A stretch of 63,972 nucleotides of DNA, the filler included, from Reticulomyxa filosa (Eukaryota > Protista > Foraminifera): the NCBI GenBank assembly GCA_000512085.1. It is 24 parts of 24 records of this genome, joined end to end, with 100 filler letters (N's around TTAATTAATTAA, not from the genome) between each part and the next. Parts side by side here need not be neighbours in the genome. Positions count along the whole stretch, not along the records: positions 23,837 to 28,433 come from ASPP01024615.1; positions 28,534 to 35,557 come from ASPP01018069.1; positions 35,658 to 37,804 come from ASPP01041936.1; 21 more parts are not named here. One strand, given 5' to 3'. The notes beneath the pieces were generated by a model. It saw only the letters and a list, made by a program, of their open reading frames with translations, searched no databases and was not told where the DNA came from. This document shows positions 24,811 through 37,804 of this stretch, one piece after another. A program made the position numbers and the translations under genes. Position 1 is the first letter of the stretch; each line of letters opens with the position of its first letter.

Positions 24811-26077
24811 TTGTGATGAACATGAAAATGCAGAACAAGTGTATTTATTTGGAGAAGAATGTCTGCAAAAATATTTTTAAAAAAGCAATGGAATGTCCGA
24901 TTCAATAACATAATGTCATTGCAAATTTTCAAAAAATAAAATAATAGTTTCAGATTTATTGGTAATCTGTCCTCGATAATATAATTTGAAAAAGAGACGA
25001 TCAAAAGAGGAGACAATATTAGGAAAAAAGAATAACACGAAAACCAATAGTTATAAAGGAAATGAAAGATCATTTGGATAAGTCATGTCAATTAATCTCA
25101 ATTCAACACATTACTTCATTGATATTCCATACAAATATGAACGTAAATTTTTGTTTTCTAGATATGGAATAGATTTTATTATTGATAAGAATGAAAAATA
25201 ATCAAAACTCATTGAGTAATTTCCTTTCTTATTTTCAATATTGTTATACAATACTCCTGTCATAAATAGAGTCATCATAAAATATTTAATATTCTTTGTT
25301 GTATTTCGAAAATGGTAAACATCATTTCGTCATTTAGTTTGGATGTCATTCAATGATGGTGATAATGATTTATTTTGTTTTATCAAATAATAAAACAAAC
25401 GCAAAACAAAGGAGTATGATTTAATACTTGTTCTTGAAATTGTTATTGATTCAAAAGGATCAATCGAATGTAACAGCTATCAATGGATTTCTCGATCATA
25501 CTTTTTATTTAGTACATCATAACATCAAATTGCCTTTCTAATCTTTCACATTATTCTCAGAACGGCAAAAGAGACTAATTTACGCTTGATGCTGTTACAT
25601 GAAAAAGAATATTCAATACCAATATTGCTGATTTAACAAAATTTGAACAAGATATAATGATTGTTTGGGTTAAGGATAATTAGAAACATAGAACGAATTA
25701 ATATTCCATTTATTCATTAAATTTTTTAATTTATTTTATCATATTTAATCTTTTCATTGTAATCAATTAAATCCAATTTTCAAATAATATTTGTTATCTG
25801 ATAATCATTACTTCCAAAGATAATAATAGTATAATTTTTATTTATTTTGTTTATTATGAGTATTTTTGCAAACAATTGAAATATCATATTATAAACAAAC
25901 TAATATCTTTGAATATTTTTCCATTGTTTATGTTTCAAAGAGATTTAATTGATTATTTAATTATGTCAATTTTTTTGTTTCATTAACCAAATAAAGCCAT
26001 ATAAAGTACCTTTTTTTAAAAAGATCACTCCCCTTTTTTAAAAAAAGTTCTTAAAAAAATTCAGCAACATTAACAAC

Positions 26078-27342
26078 ATGAGTAATCGAACAACAAAACA
26101 ACAACCTCCTGAAAGAAAGTCTAAACAAGATCAGCATCTTATTACACCCTTCCAAACTTTGAGGGATTTGCCTACTCAACTTGATCAAGCTCAATGTGTT
26201 TTACACAAACACGAGATCCTCATTTGTGGAGGTCGTAATGAACAAACTTGTTATTCTTACGATACACTCAAAAACGAATACAAGTTTATCTGTGATTATC
26301 CAAGTCATGTTAAATTACATGGACACTGTGTAATGCGACTTATAGATAACAACAACAAAGACAGAAATCAAATCACTTTGTTGTCTTTTGGATCTATGTC
26401 ATATGGGAAAAATAAACATACATTGGTGATGAAATATGTAAGTGTTTGGAGTAATATATTAAACAAATCAAATGAACCCAACAATTACAATCAATGGGTC
26501 CCTTTCACAGATAATCACAATCATTCAATTATCATTGGAAGAGATGATGACGATTATGCAGGAGCGTGTGCATTGATTGGTGGAAAAAACAATAATTTGT
26601 TATTTATCACTTATTATTTAGATAATATTAGCGTGTTTGATTTAAATTCATTTCAATTTATTAAATATGATAAATTACCAATTATTGATTTAATATGGTA
26701 TCATTGCTTTATATCAACTTCAAAAAATGAACAAGGACAAGAAATGATGAAAACAAATAAACAAAATTATCAAATGTTGTTGTTTTGTAAAAAGACAGGA
26801 TTATCAATTGAATATGACGAAGATAACAACAATTTTCAATTTCATCAGCTACATGTTTGTGATGATATTGAACAACTCAATAGATATGCGTATGTGTGTA
26901 TCAATGATACCATCTTATTCTTTGGTGGATTGAATAATGGAATTGGCTCAAAATTATTGCACAAATATTTAATTCGAGAAGATAAATTGGTAATACTTGA
27001 AAACACTTTACCCTGTCCATTATACGGTTGTGTTGCAATATTGAACGAAGAAGACAACCATATATATACATCATTGGAGGAAAAGATTACAAAGGGACAT
27101 CATTATCAACTTACATGAAGATAAAAATACGTGCATGTGATCCTTCGCTGTTGGTAATGATTTGTTTGTTTATTTATTTTGATGAAACACAAATAGATTA
27201 TATTGCGTGAAACTAGTTGACAAATAATAAATAGTCAAAAAATGAAATAAAATATATTATTAAATATTGGATTCGAATTTTAAAGGTAAAATTAGGATGG
27301 ATTGATGATTTTGATAAAATTATTGTCAAATATATCGGATGA
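26078..27342 (+). CDS. Kelch-repeat beta-propeller protein (one apparent frameshift near 27065)
   Basis: EILICGG, LLSFG, ALIGG, ILFFGG and YIIGG repeats. Final exon IKYWIRILKVKLGWIDDFDKIIVKYIG*. Confidence 0.8.
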
Positions 27343-29152
27343 AATAAATTTTGAAGAGGCATTTTTGAGTTTGGTTGTATCATAATTATGAAATTTGAAT
27401 CTTTTTCAGAGAAATTATATTGCAACTTAAACAAGTTCAGAAATTTATCAATTATTAAATCCTTTTTACGTATCTCTAATAATTACATTTTATTAAAATG
27501 ACAAAATTAACAACTTCAGTTTGTATTGAAGTCACAAAATCCGATCTCTATACAACTGAAGTTATATATAATGGGCAATTGATTAGTTGCAGAAAATAAG
27601 TTCATTTTTTAATTAGTAATATTAAATTGAATTTAATACTTTAAATTTTTTAAGGTGCCTTCGTTTGTCTTAAATTCGAATATTTGCTGCAAAAAAAAAC
27701 TTAATAAATACAGATAACAAAAAATTTACAAGTAGAAAAATTAATACCTTATATTCATGAAAAGGTAGCATTTAATTAAAATTTTTATCTATATAAAACG
27801 ACTATCTTAAAAAATTTGTTGTACAATCGCAACCTTTAAGAATTTTTTACAGTTGAAATTTAAATTGGAAATATGATTAACATGTTTTAAAGACGGAATA
27901 ACGCAGTCATTAAAATCCAATTAAATCGTCTCTTTTTCACCTTCAAACTAAAATATAATAATTCCATTTCTTAAGATACCTAATTATTGAAAATAAAAAA
28001 GGAACTTCGATGTCGAAATAAAATTTATTTACTTTGAATGCGTTTGTTTCTTATTTTTAAATTAATTATTGCTTTTCTAAGTTTGAAGATTAAAAATTTG
28101 AATATTACTACGTAAACATAAATTCCATAAATTACACAAATGATATGCTTTCATAAATTACTTTGAAATAATTGACTTGGTATACTTCTTTTTCAAATTA
28201 TTTTATCATAAAAAAGATAATTTATTTGAAATATTTTTAACATAAATATCAACCCATTGTTCCATTAATGATTGTAACATAGTTAGAAGTGTTTTAATTA
28301 TTATTTTTATCAGATTTATCAAATATTTCATCAAATGCATCCAATAAACACAAATGAAAATATTTATCATATAAATAAGTGCATCTCTCCCAAATAGAAT
28401 ATTCAAAAGCAAATGGAAAGGAAACAGATGGTANNNNNNNNNNNNNNNNNNNNNNNNNNNNNNNNNNNNNNNNNNNNTTAATTAATTAANNNNNNNNNNN
28501 NNNNNNNNNNNNNNNNNNNNNNNNNNNNNNNNNTTTTTTTTTTTCGTTATTTTTTTATTTTAAATTTGTTTAATTTGGTTGTCATAAAGCTCATTGTATT
28601 CATTTAAGGTTATGTTAAACATAAATATTTATTTTTTGTGATATTGAACAATCGATGGATGAAAGCATTTTTCTTTAATACATATCATTCAAAGAATGAG
28701 AGTGATTTGATACATTTATGTTTAGTTACATATTTTCAATAGAATGGTTTAAATATTAATTAAAATAATGAACGATTAAAATGATGTTTTTAAAAATGTA
28801 ACCAGATTGGAGACAGCAGTTACAAAGAAAGTTTGAAACATTTATATTGCAGTGATAATAATAAATCATTTTTTTTTTTAGAGAAATGTGATTGGATCAG
28901 TGCCCAGTTGCATCTAGAAATAAAGTAATAATTGTCAGAATAAAGTCTATATCGACCTTGGATTGTATTTTTGTACATGATTCAAAGAAAAGTAAACTTC
29001 AAATAATTGTATCGAGCGTGCGTGGAAAAGATAGTATTTGACAGAATCGCATGAATAGATTATTTGTGGATAATAGCTAAATTAATTCGAATACATTAGC
29101 ATATTGAGAAACCTGTTACGTTCCCTCTTAAAGGTAAAAAAAACTATCCATC

Positions 29153-31953
29153 ATGCTTGAACAACTTCAACAAGCTTTTCCTAAGATAGACAACAAAAAC
29201 ATTTTGCAGATATGGAATTGGTTTAATGGAAATGTTGATGAGACAAAGACTGTCTTGGCCTTGCTCACAGAAAACACGTTACAAGAAATCTTTGTATTTT
29301 TTTTAAAACAAAACGTCACCAGTAGTTCTTCAAAGACAATCGGTAATATAATTGAACATAGCACAACTTTAGAACAACAAATGTTTTTGTGGAAATTACT
29401 CAAACTATTTGATGGTAAAGTTGAAAAAACAATAATATTACAAATATGGAAGAATTCCAATCAATTCTATTATGAAACATTGCTAACATTGCAAGATATT
29501 TGCTTCAATCACAGTCTTAAAGAGTTAAATATAGATTTGTTACACTAGAAAAAAAAGAAAATTTTTTTTTATGATAGACAGAAAGAAGATAGTGAGTTGA
29601 GAATAATAAGGGAAATGTGTTCAAATATATTATGGAACATTTTGAACAATCCAAAACAAATCAAATATCGACAAATTAGTCATAAAAATTTGTATAACAC
29701 TCTACTATCCAAATGTAAGAAATTAGGTGGAAATGTTGATCAAATACATGAATACATGGAATACCATATACAACAATTTGGATTTAAAAAACGTAATGAT
29801 AGCAATTGGTATTACTCAAATGATAATATTCAATTACTATCGTTGTGGAGATATTATAAAGCAGTGATCAATGAACAAATAATGTATTGTTAATATATTA
29901 TTTGTTCGTTGTTATAGTAAAACAACACATAATGTTTGTTTTTTGAACAAAAATGACAGATACAAAACAAGATATGGTATTCCTGAAAGAGTGTGTATGT
30001 TATCAAATGGAAAATGGAGAGATTATGAAAGTGTATTTGATTATGAGCATCGAACAATAATGTTATTTAATCAAAATAAATTAAAAATAAAATCATTACA
30101 AGTTGGAAATCCAAAAAGACCGTCATTGGAATTCAATGTTCATATTCAATGGTATAATGATTTGAATGATGTCAATAACACTCATGCCAAATGGGCTTGT
30201 CTTATTCTCAACCATACTTGGCACTTTCGTACAATGGATCAATTTGATAGAAGCGAGCTATCAAATTGTTGTTCAGTTAATCAAAGCAAATGCATAAATA
30301 TATCTTTACCACTTTCACAACTTACATTTGGAAATACAGGAATTCAATACTTTTCACGTCCTTTGGAAAGATGGAATTAAGACACACAAAGAATCTTTGA
30401 ATCCTTATTTAATAACTTTGGAACAAGGAATAGAACGTGTAAAAGATAAATTACAAATGAGAGATCATTTTATATTTGGAAAAGATGAATTGATATTATT
30501 TGAATGTGAATTTGATAAGTGGAATCCACCAATAATATCAAATATGATTGAAGAAAATGTATTATTGCATGATATTTACAAACATCTTCATCATTATCCA
30601 ATTATTCAAGTGTACTGGGAGATAACATATAGATTCATGCTACCCTATAAACGAACCATAGATATCAATCGAACAAATTTACCAAAAAATAGAGACATTT
30701 GTGTAGAATTCTATCCATTAATGGAAAAACCTACATTCAATCCATTTTTATATGAATGTGATGTACATAAGCTTCAATTCATTCAGGATATGTTGCAATT
30801 CAAGGTTCAAGGCAACCATTCATTGCAGAGACTATTACATGAAGTGATAGAAAATGGTTATTTGTGTGATTTAATCACATATCAATACGCAAAAAATAAA
30901 AAAGAAGAAAAAAAATTTCATGCAAATATCAAACAACAAATTAATTATGATAAAAATGATGAAGAAGGCAAATTATTATTAAATGATAAAATATTGACAA
31001 TATTAAATGAATTGAAGATATTGTATCATGATGATATTCATAAACATATGGGATATCCACTTCAGTTACATCATATTTGTGCAATATTATTGTACTGTGG
31101 TAAATCGTGTAATAGTGAATTTAGCTATGATCAAATCCAATTTAGACATTATAAATGGCCTTATTTAGACAGTTATTTGCAGGATGCTATTTTTATTTTG
31201 CATGCCCATGAAAGAAGAGAAGAGAGTGAAATGGAATTATATTGTGGATTAAAAAAAGTGAGGCTAGAAAATATTAAAAAGAGAATCAAAGAAGGAAATT
31301 TTATTAGTTATGTAAGTACTTCTGATGATCTACAAGTTGCAAAAATGTTTAGAAGTGATCAAGGATGTATATTACATTTTCATCCTTCCATGAGAAGAGG
31401 ACTCAATATTTATAGTTGTGACGTATCATGGATATCTCCATTTAAACATGAACGTGAAATTTTGTTTTCAAGATCCGGAGTAAATTTCATTCATGATGAA
31501 AAAACACATAAAAAGTATGCTTCATGGAATGCAAAAGTAGAAAGTGAAGATGAATATACGCAAATGATATTATTAAAATGGACAAAATATGATGAATATA
31601 TTCAACAAATTATACAAATAAGTACAATATGGAATTACTCTATTGATTTAAATCTTATTTATGTTGTACTTGATTATTGGAATGAAGGGGATATGAATGA
31701 GACAATTGAACTATTGCTCGATTTTGAAAAATGGAAAGTAAAAGATAATAATGAACAAAAATACAAAGAAAAAATTAATGAGTTTGTGGAAAGACGCTGC
31801 TGCAATCATAATATTAATTTATTTTCTATATTTTTTTTTGAAAAATATAAAGGACGAAAGGCTATTGAACATGCAACAATAAATACTGTGAACAATGGTT
31901 TGCCATTTGTTAAAAGTGATAAAGAAACATGGATTAAAGTAAAAATTGCTTGA
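29153..31953 (+). CDS. Multi-exon protein: CUE-like repeats, PUB domain, unknown domain, R-S-E-class ADP-ribosyltransferase-like domain, C-terminal CUE/UBA-like helices
   Basis: LQQAFPKID..GNVDET..LL (CUE-like). ILWNILNNPKQIKYRQI (PUB). AILLYC, LYCG, YVSTS..VAKMF and ISPFKHEREILF (ART). Introns at about 29524-29577, 29884-29959 and 30276-30340. Confidence 0.75.
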
Positions 31954-32261
31954 TGTCTTATATTTGAAGAATGAATATATCAACTAATTTCCTTATAAAT
32001 ACAAACACAATTTCCAGTCGGATAAAACTTGTGAAACAATACAAAAAAAGTTGTTTTCTTTCCTTGAAGAAACTCCAATTAATTACAAAGATTGTGCGTA
32101 TCACTAATAAAACAAATACAGCTTTAATTAATTTTTTTTGTCGATTTCTATACATACAATCGCGTTTCGTGTATTGTTGATAAGTATGCAATGTGCATTT
32201 TCATATTTCAGAACTTTGTCCCGCTTGTACTTTGATGAGTTTTATTGTTAGAAAAATGACA

Positions 32262-33590
32262 CTATCCTCAAATTCGAATAAGACCATTGTGTGAACCATA
32301 ACACATATTAATATCATAGTCATGACATTGCTTTTGTTCTTTTTTAATTGTAGGAATTTAAGACAGTATATTCCATTGTCTCTTTAATCCACTTTAATCA
32401 CATATAATTCTTTCTTATTTGATCGAATATTCCATAAACGAACATTTCATTACATTATGATAAAAAAGAAAGTTGACACATAAAATGCTACCTTATATAG
32501 ATTATTGTGTTTCTCCACGAAAAAACAACATTTAATCAAATTTTTTAAAAAATATCTATGAGTTGTGTAGTTTTTAAATATCATTTTGGTTTTTATTAAA
32601 GCTTTACAATTTTTTCAAAAATTTTAATCTTTCATTTACTTTAAAAAATTTTTGGTTGCCTGATTATGATAAGATTTATTTTTTAAAATTTAATTCAAGT
32701 TTACCACGTGTTAAATCTCATTTGGCTTTTTTAACTTCATGTATTCTCTTTATCATAGACTTTATTAAGGCTTCACAAATGTTTGTTTCTATTTTTTCAC
32801 ATTCTGTTTCAAATTTGTTCCAAAGTTCTTCCGTAGTATTAAATGGTCCTTTTTTGTGAATCATTGTCTTTATTATCCACCAATTGAATTTAAATCAGGT
32901 GGATTTGTAATAAAATTCATTGTTTTTATTTTTTTTGTTTTAATCATTTCATAATTTTTTCCGATTTATGGCATGTTGCATTATCTTGCTGGAAAATTGA
33001 ATTTTCGTCTAATTGTTGTCAATCAATATTTCGGCAATAAAATAATTAAAATGACAAAAATCAATATCGAACATAAAAAAAAAAGTAAAATCTCAAAAAT
33101 TACTTTAAAAAAGATTGTCAAATTTCATGACTACGAGAAAAACACGATTGTCAAATTTTTTTAAGAAATTTTACCAAATCAAATAAAAGATTAAAATTTT
33201 TGAAAAAATTAGAAAGACTTAATAAAAAACCAAAATGATATTTAAAAACTACACGATTCATATATATTTTTTTTAAAATAAAAAAAAAATTTTGATTAAA
33301 TGTTATTGTTGTTATAGCTTTGCAATGATGAAAAAGTAACACACTAAATATTAAGTGAATGTCCATCAAACACATTTAATAATTTAGATGTTTTAACATT
33401 CCATAAACGAATAGTTTTGTCAAATGATCCATAGCACAAATATCGACCATCACTAAATGGCGAAAATTCAATTGTACTGACGATGTCATGATGTCCTCTA
33501 AAAATTTTCAATTGTTGGTTATCCTTGAAATCCCAAAAACGAATAGTTTTGGCATATGATGAACATGAGTTTGAAAACAAAATTATCCGA
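32262..33590 (-). pseudogene. WD40-repeat pseudogene split by a transposon
   Basis: 5' part TIRFWD..GHHDIVSTIEFSP..DKTIRLWN (33344-33580). 3' part VRLWNIRSNK...MCYGSHNGLIRI with stops (about 32262-32445). Confidence 0.8.
32453..33310 (-). mobile_element. Internally deleted Tc1/mariner (IS630-Tc1) transposon relic
   Basis: Imperfect inverted repeats at about 32525-32640 and 33180-33308 (about 30-bp perfect core). Minus-strand NPPDLNSI..WIIK..EELWNK..ALIKSMIKRIHEVKKAK is a degraded transposase C-terminus. Confidence 0.75.
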
Positions 33591-34221
33591 CAATAGTCAG
33601 CTGATCATTATTTTTGTTATTACACTCAACAATGGCTCTGTATACATAAAAAACTACAATCAGATTTTGAAGTTCCTTAAGACTTTCCAATAGATGCAGC
33701 ACAAAAAAAATGAAACTTTGAATAACAATAGTGACACCAACCAGTGAAAAATTTGTGGTAACTTTTTAATAGATTTATGTATCTTTTGTTTACATATTTT
33801 GTCAAAGCTTTGGTTTGAAACATATTATGCAATTGAACATTTCAGAGAGCATTCAAGCATTTGAAGCCATTTTCAGAAAAAACAAAATGAGGATGATCTT
33901 TCTTTTTTAACTCAACGCGCTCTTTTTCCCTTCAAAACCTCCCCCTTTCGTGTGAGCTCGAGGTTCCTTTTGCGTAATTACAAAACTTTTCTTCAAATTT
34001 GTCTTCTCAAAAAAAAAAAGCAAGACAAAACTAATCAAACTTACACCAATGCACTGACGTGCCAAAAATAGGGCTCAACAATTTTTACTATATTGTATAC
34101 ATATATAAGGCAAAGCAAATTTGGTTTTATTTGTTTTTCCCAATATTTTTTTTTAATAATTTTAGAAATAAAAAAAAAAAAAAAGCTGAGAGAAGAGGTG
34201 CACATAAAAATTAAAGAAAAA

Positions 34222-34677
34222 TTAAGAATTGACTTGCAACCTCAGCCCCCTCTCGTTACTTGTTATATTTGAGAAGAGCTGAGAATCGCCAAGAACATGA
34301 CAGATAATGGAAGTGATTTTTCCAATATGGTTAATGGACGATTGAACCCGTTCAACACTCCATCCGGTTTTATGAGCAAGAAACGTTTCTGCCAAAACTC
34401 CAGGATGTAAGTATTGGTCGCCGTCATTGTCAACCTTGTATCGACTAGCCAAAAACGATCGAATTTCGGATTCGTCATACGCGACACCACTTTCAGGTTG
34501 TGTGTTGATCGTTGGGGAATGGTGATGGTGATCTGCGGCATTGGAACTGGTATCTACATTGGTATACGTATCGGTAGTAGTATACGTAGTTGTATGTATA
34601 TCCTCCACGACATTGATCTCGGTATCGGTAATAACACTGGCATTAGTATCATGTGCACCATCATTATTATTATTATC

Positions 34678-34718
<41 letters not shown>

Positions 34719-35557
34719 CATTATTATTATTATTATTATCATTATTATCATTATTATTATGATGGTCATTATCAACACCATCGTTATTATCATGATCACC
34801 ACTCTTTGCAGTGACGGCAGTATCGCTCACTTCGGAATGGACTTCCAACGTGTCTTTCGCTTGGTCGAATAACTTTTCGTCCGCGGATATCTGATCCGCA
34901 TGCGTCGGGATTGACGCGGTGGAATGGGTTTCGATCGCATCTTGTGTATCCGTCGCGTTCAAAGGTTGGGTCTGATCGTCACTAGTCACCGTAACTGCAT
35001 CGACTTTATCCGCAGACATTGCGTCATCAACATCATCATTATCAACATCACCATTATCACCATTATCACCATTATCATCATTATCATCATTGGCTTTTTC
35101 TTTTTCTTTTTCTGTTTCTTCTTCTTCTTTTCTGTCTTTTTCCTCCACTTCTTTCACCGAATTAACCTCTTCCACATCGGCGCCTTCGAACTCGCATTTC
35201 GGAGTCGTCGCGGTTGTACTCCGTTTGGGCGAAATATTTAAATCCATTTTTTCGGTGCCTTTGATATATGTGTATATATGTGTATATATATGTATAAATA
35301 TATATATTTATATATGTATGTACTTGCACGTGCGGCAGCCGTGTTGATGGCTGTAATGCTGGGTTTGTTGGAAGCCGGAGTCGATCCTTTGGCTTTGGCG
35401 ACTTGAGTTTGGAGTGGCTTCGAATTGGTCTTGCCCAAAGGCGGCGGGGACGACGATGACGTTGTGGAAAGGGACGAATTCGAAGACGACGACTTCAATT
35501 TGGACTGAGTGGTCGCAGGCTTTGCTTGGTTCGTCTTTGTCGTTGTTGTTGTTGTTG
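34222..35557 (-). CDS. 3' part of an acidic/Asn-rich protein with a small C-terminal globular domain
   Basis: 341-aa open exon plus an upstream S/P-rich exon. (AAT/GAT)n coding repeats. Confidence 0.6.
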
Positions 35558-35657
35558 NNNNNNNNNNNNNNNNNNNNNNNNNNNNNNNNNNNNNNNNNNN
35601 NTTAATTAATTAANNNNNNNNNNNNNNNNNNNNNNNNNNNNNNNNNNNNNNNNNNNN

Positions 35658-36439
35658 ATTTACATTATTTGTTTTATTAACAACAACAAAATAAACACAT
35701 ACAAAAATACATTGGTTGTAGACTAATCGCTGATTGATAACATTTCCACAGATGTAATAATTGAATACGATGATATTGATAATACCAATTATTGTCATAT
35801 CCTTTTTTGAATCCAATATACTGCAACTCTCCTTCCATACCTGTGAATACTTGCTTAAAATCTGCACCTAACGTATGACATTTTTTGGATAAATAGTTGT
35901 ATAAAGCTTGTTTGTGAATTTGACGATATTTGATATGTTTAGGATATTTCAAAATATTCCATAAAATATGCAAACACATTTCTCGATTTATTTTTGATTC
36001 TTTCAACCAATTAAATATATTTTTTTGTTTTACTTTACAGTGGTATGTATATTTTACATACGTTTAACTCATTCAAATCGGAAGTTGCACAAATATCTAT
36101 TAATTTGCATCTTGTGTCAACCAGAATTTGATTGCAGTTTTTCCATGTTTGTAATATTGTTGTTTTTTCAAGTTTCGTGCCAAAATATTCAAATAAATCC
36201 ATTAAATATTGTTGTTGTTGTAAAGTTGTGCTGTATTAAAATATATAATGCCAAAAAAAAAAATGATTATATATACAAAAAGAGAAAAAAAAATACACAA
36301 AAATCTATTGTTACGTGTTTTTTGTTAGCCAAGTTAAGACGTCTTTTGTCTCAGCAGCATTTTCCTTACATTTCTTCCATGCCTTTAAGACAACCTCTTC
36401 ATCTATGTTAGGAAACGTTTGTTGAAGTTGTGCAAGCAT
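35658..36439 (-). CDS. 5' part of a second CUE-like/PUB family member (paralog of 29153)
   Basis: MLAQLQQTFPNIDEEVVL.. and EMCLHILWNILKYPKHIKYRQI. Similar exon layout. Truncated by contig end. Confidence 0.8.
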
Positions 36440-37177
36440 GATGATGAAGTAAATTTCAAAAAAAATCCTTTTTTTTTTATTTTGAAGGTTTAGAAATTTA
36501 CAAAAAAAAAAAATTTGATTTGTTTAAAAGATTAATAAATTGAAGTTATCATTAATTTTTTCCATTTTTTTAAAATAGTCTCAGAATATCAAATTTGCTA
36601 ATATAAATGACATGAATCATTATTGACACAACCAAGCAAAATCTTATTGAAATTATCATATAATGTTAATCTACATTCATTTTTATTCGTTTTATATTTA
36701 ATTTTTTATATAATTATCATTTTATATTTTTATATTCATATCATATTTATTTCATTTTAAAATTCATTTCCATTTTCCGTTCAATTTTTTATTAATCCAA
36801 AGATTTAAATGATATATTTTTTCCTGTGTCAAATGCTTTGACATGTTCATCATCTTCTTCTTTTAAAAATTCTCTTCTCTAATGTAGTGATGAGAAATAA
36901 AGGAAGAATCCTTGAAAAACGAACTGATGTTTTTTTTAAACGTTGAATAAATATATTTTTTTGTAGAAAGACAAAAGTGTATGGTACACTTATTATTATT
37001 CAGGACTCAAATACTTTCTTTTCACAAGAACAAGTTAATAAATTAAATAAAAATCATTATTCAAGTTAAAAAGATTATTTCATAAACTTGTTCGTGAATG
37101 GATAAAATTATTTACAAAAAAATACTCCTGCTTTTCAATAAAAATTTAAAAAATAATTTTTTCATATAAAAAAAAGA

Positions 37178-37804
37178 ATGGAGACTGCACGTATAACGTG
37201 TTGTTTTTTGTATTTAGCAAAAAAGAAAGTGGCAATAGTATCAAGATGGCACGAAAAGAAATATCAACAAAAAATTGAGTCACGGTTGAATGAGATAATA
37301 TGTGGTGAAAGTGCTGAATCCATCGGTATAACGCTGTCCAATATTAAAAAGAAAAGACTTTGGAGAAAATCTAGTGTAGAATTTATATTTGCAAAAACTT
37401 TTAATTCAATTACCGTTGGAGCCTTTGCCGAAGTAAAATATATATATGTATATATTTATACAATGATATGAAGAGACAAATGATATATTTTTTAAAAAAA
37501 AAAAGCATCAGGGGATAAGTGGATAAATATGGAGCCACTGCACAAAATGGTACAAAGTACAATGATGAGTTTTTTGGATAAATTCTTCAGTGATTGCAAA
37601 ATGGACGAACAGAATATCCGAATAATGACTGTATCGACGATCCGTTTTTATTTGACGAATACATTACAATCACTTTTGAAAGAGTCCAATGCTCAGACAA
37701 CTACTTTTGTCAATGATGTATACGTATATATAAACATATGTATACGTATTTATGTATGATATCAAACTGGTTTATTAATAAAAGAAAGTATTTGGAGAGA
37801 TTCA
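37178..37804 (+). CDS. Partial hypothetical protein
   Basis: Two non-repetitive open exons (37218-37433, 37506-37717) with GT-AG boundaries. Confidence 0.4.
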
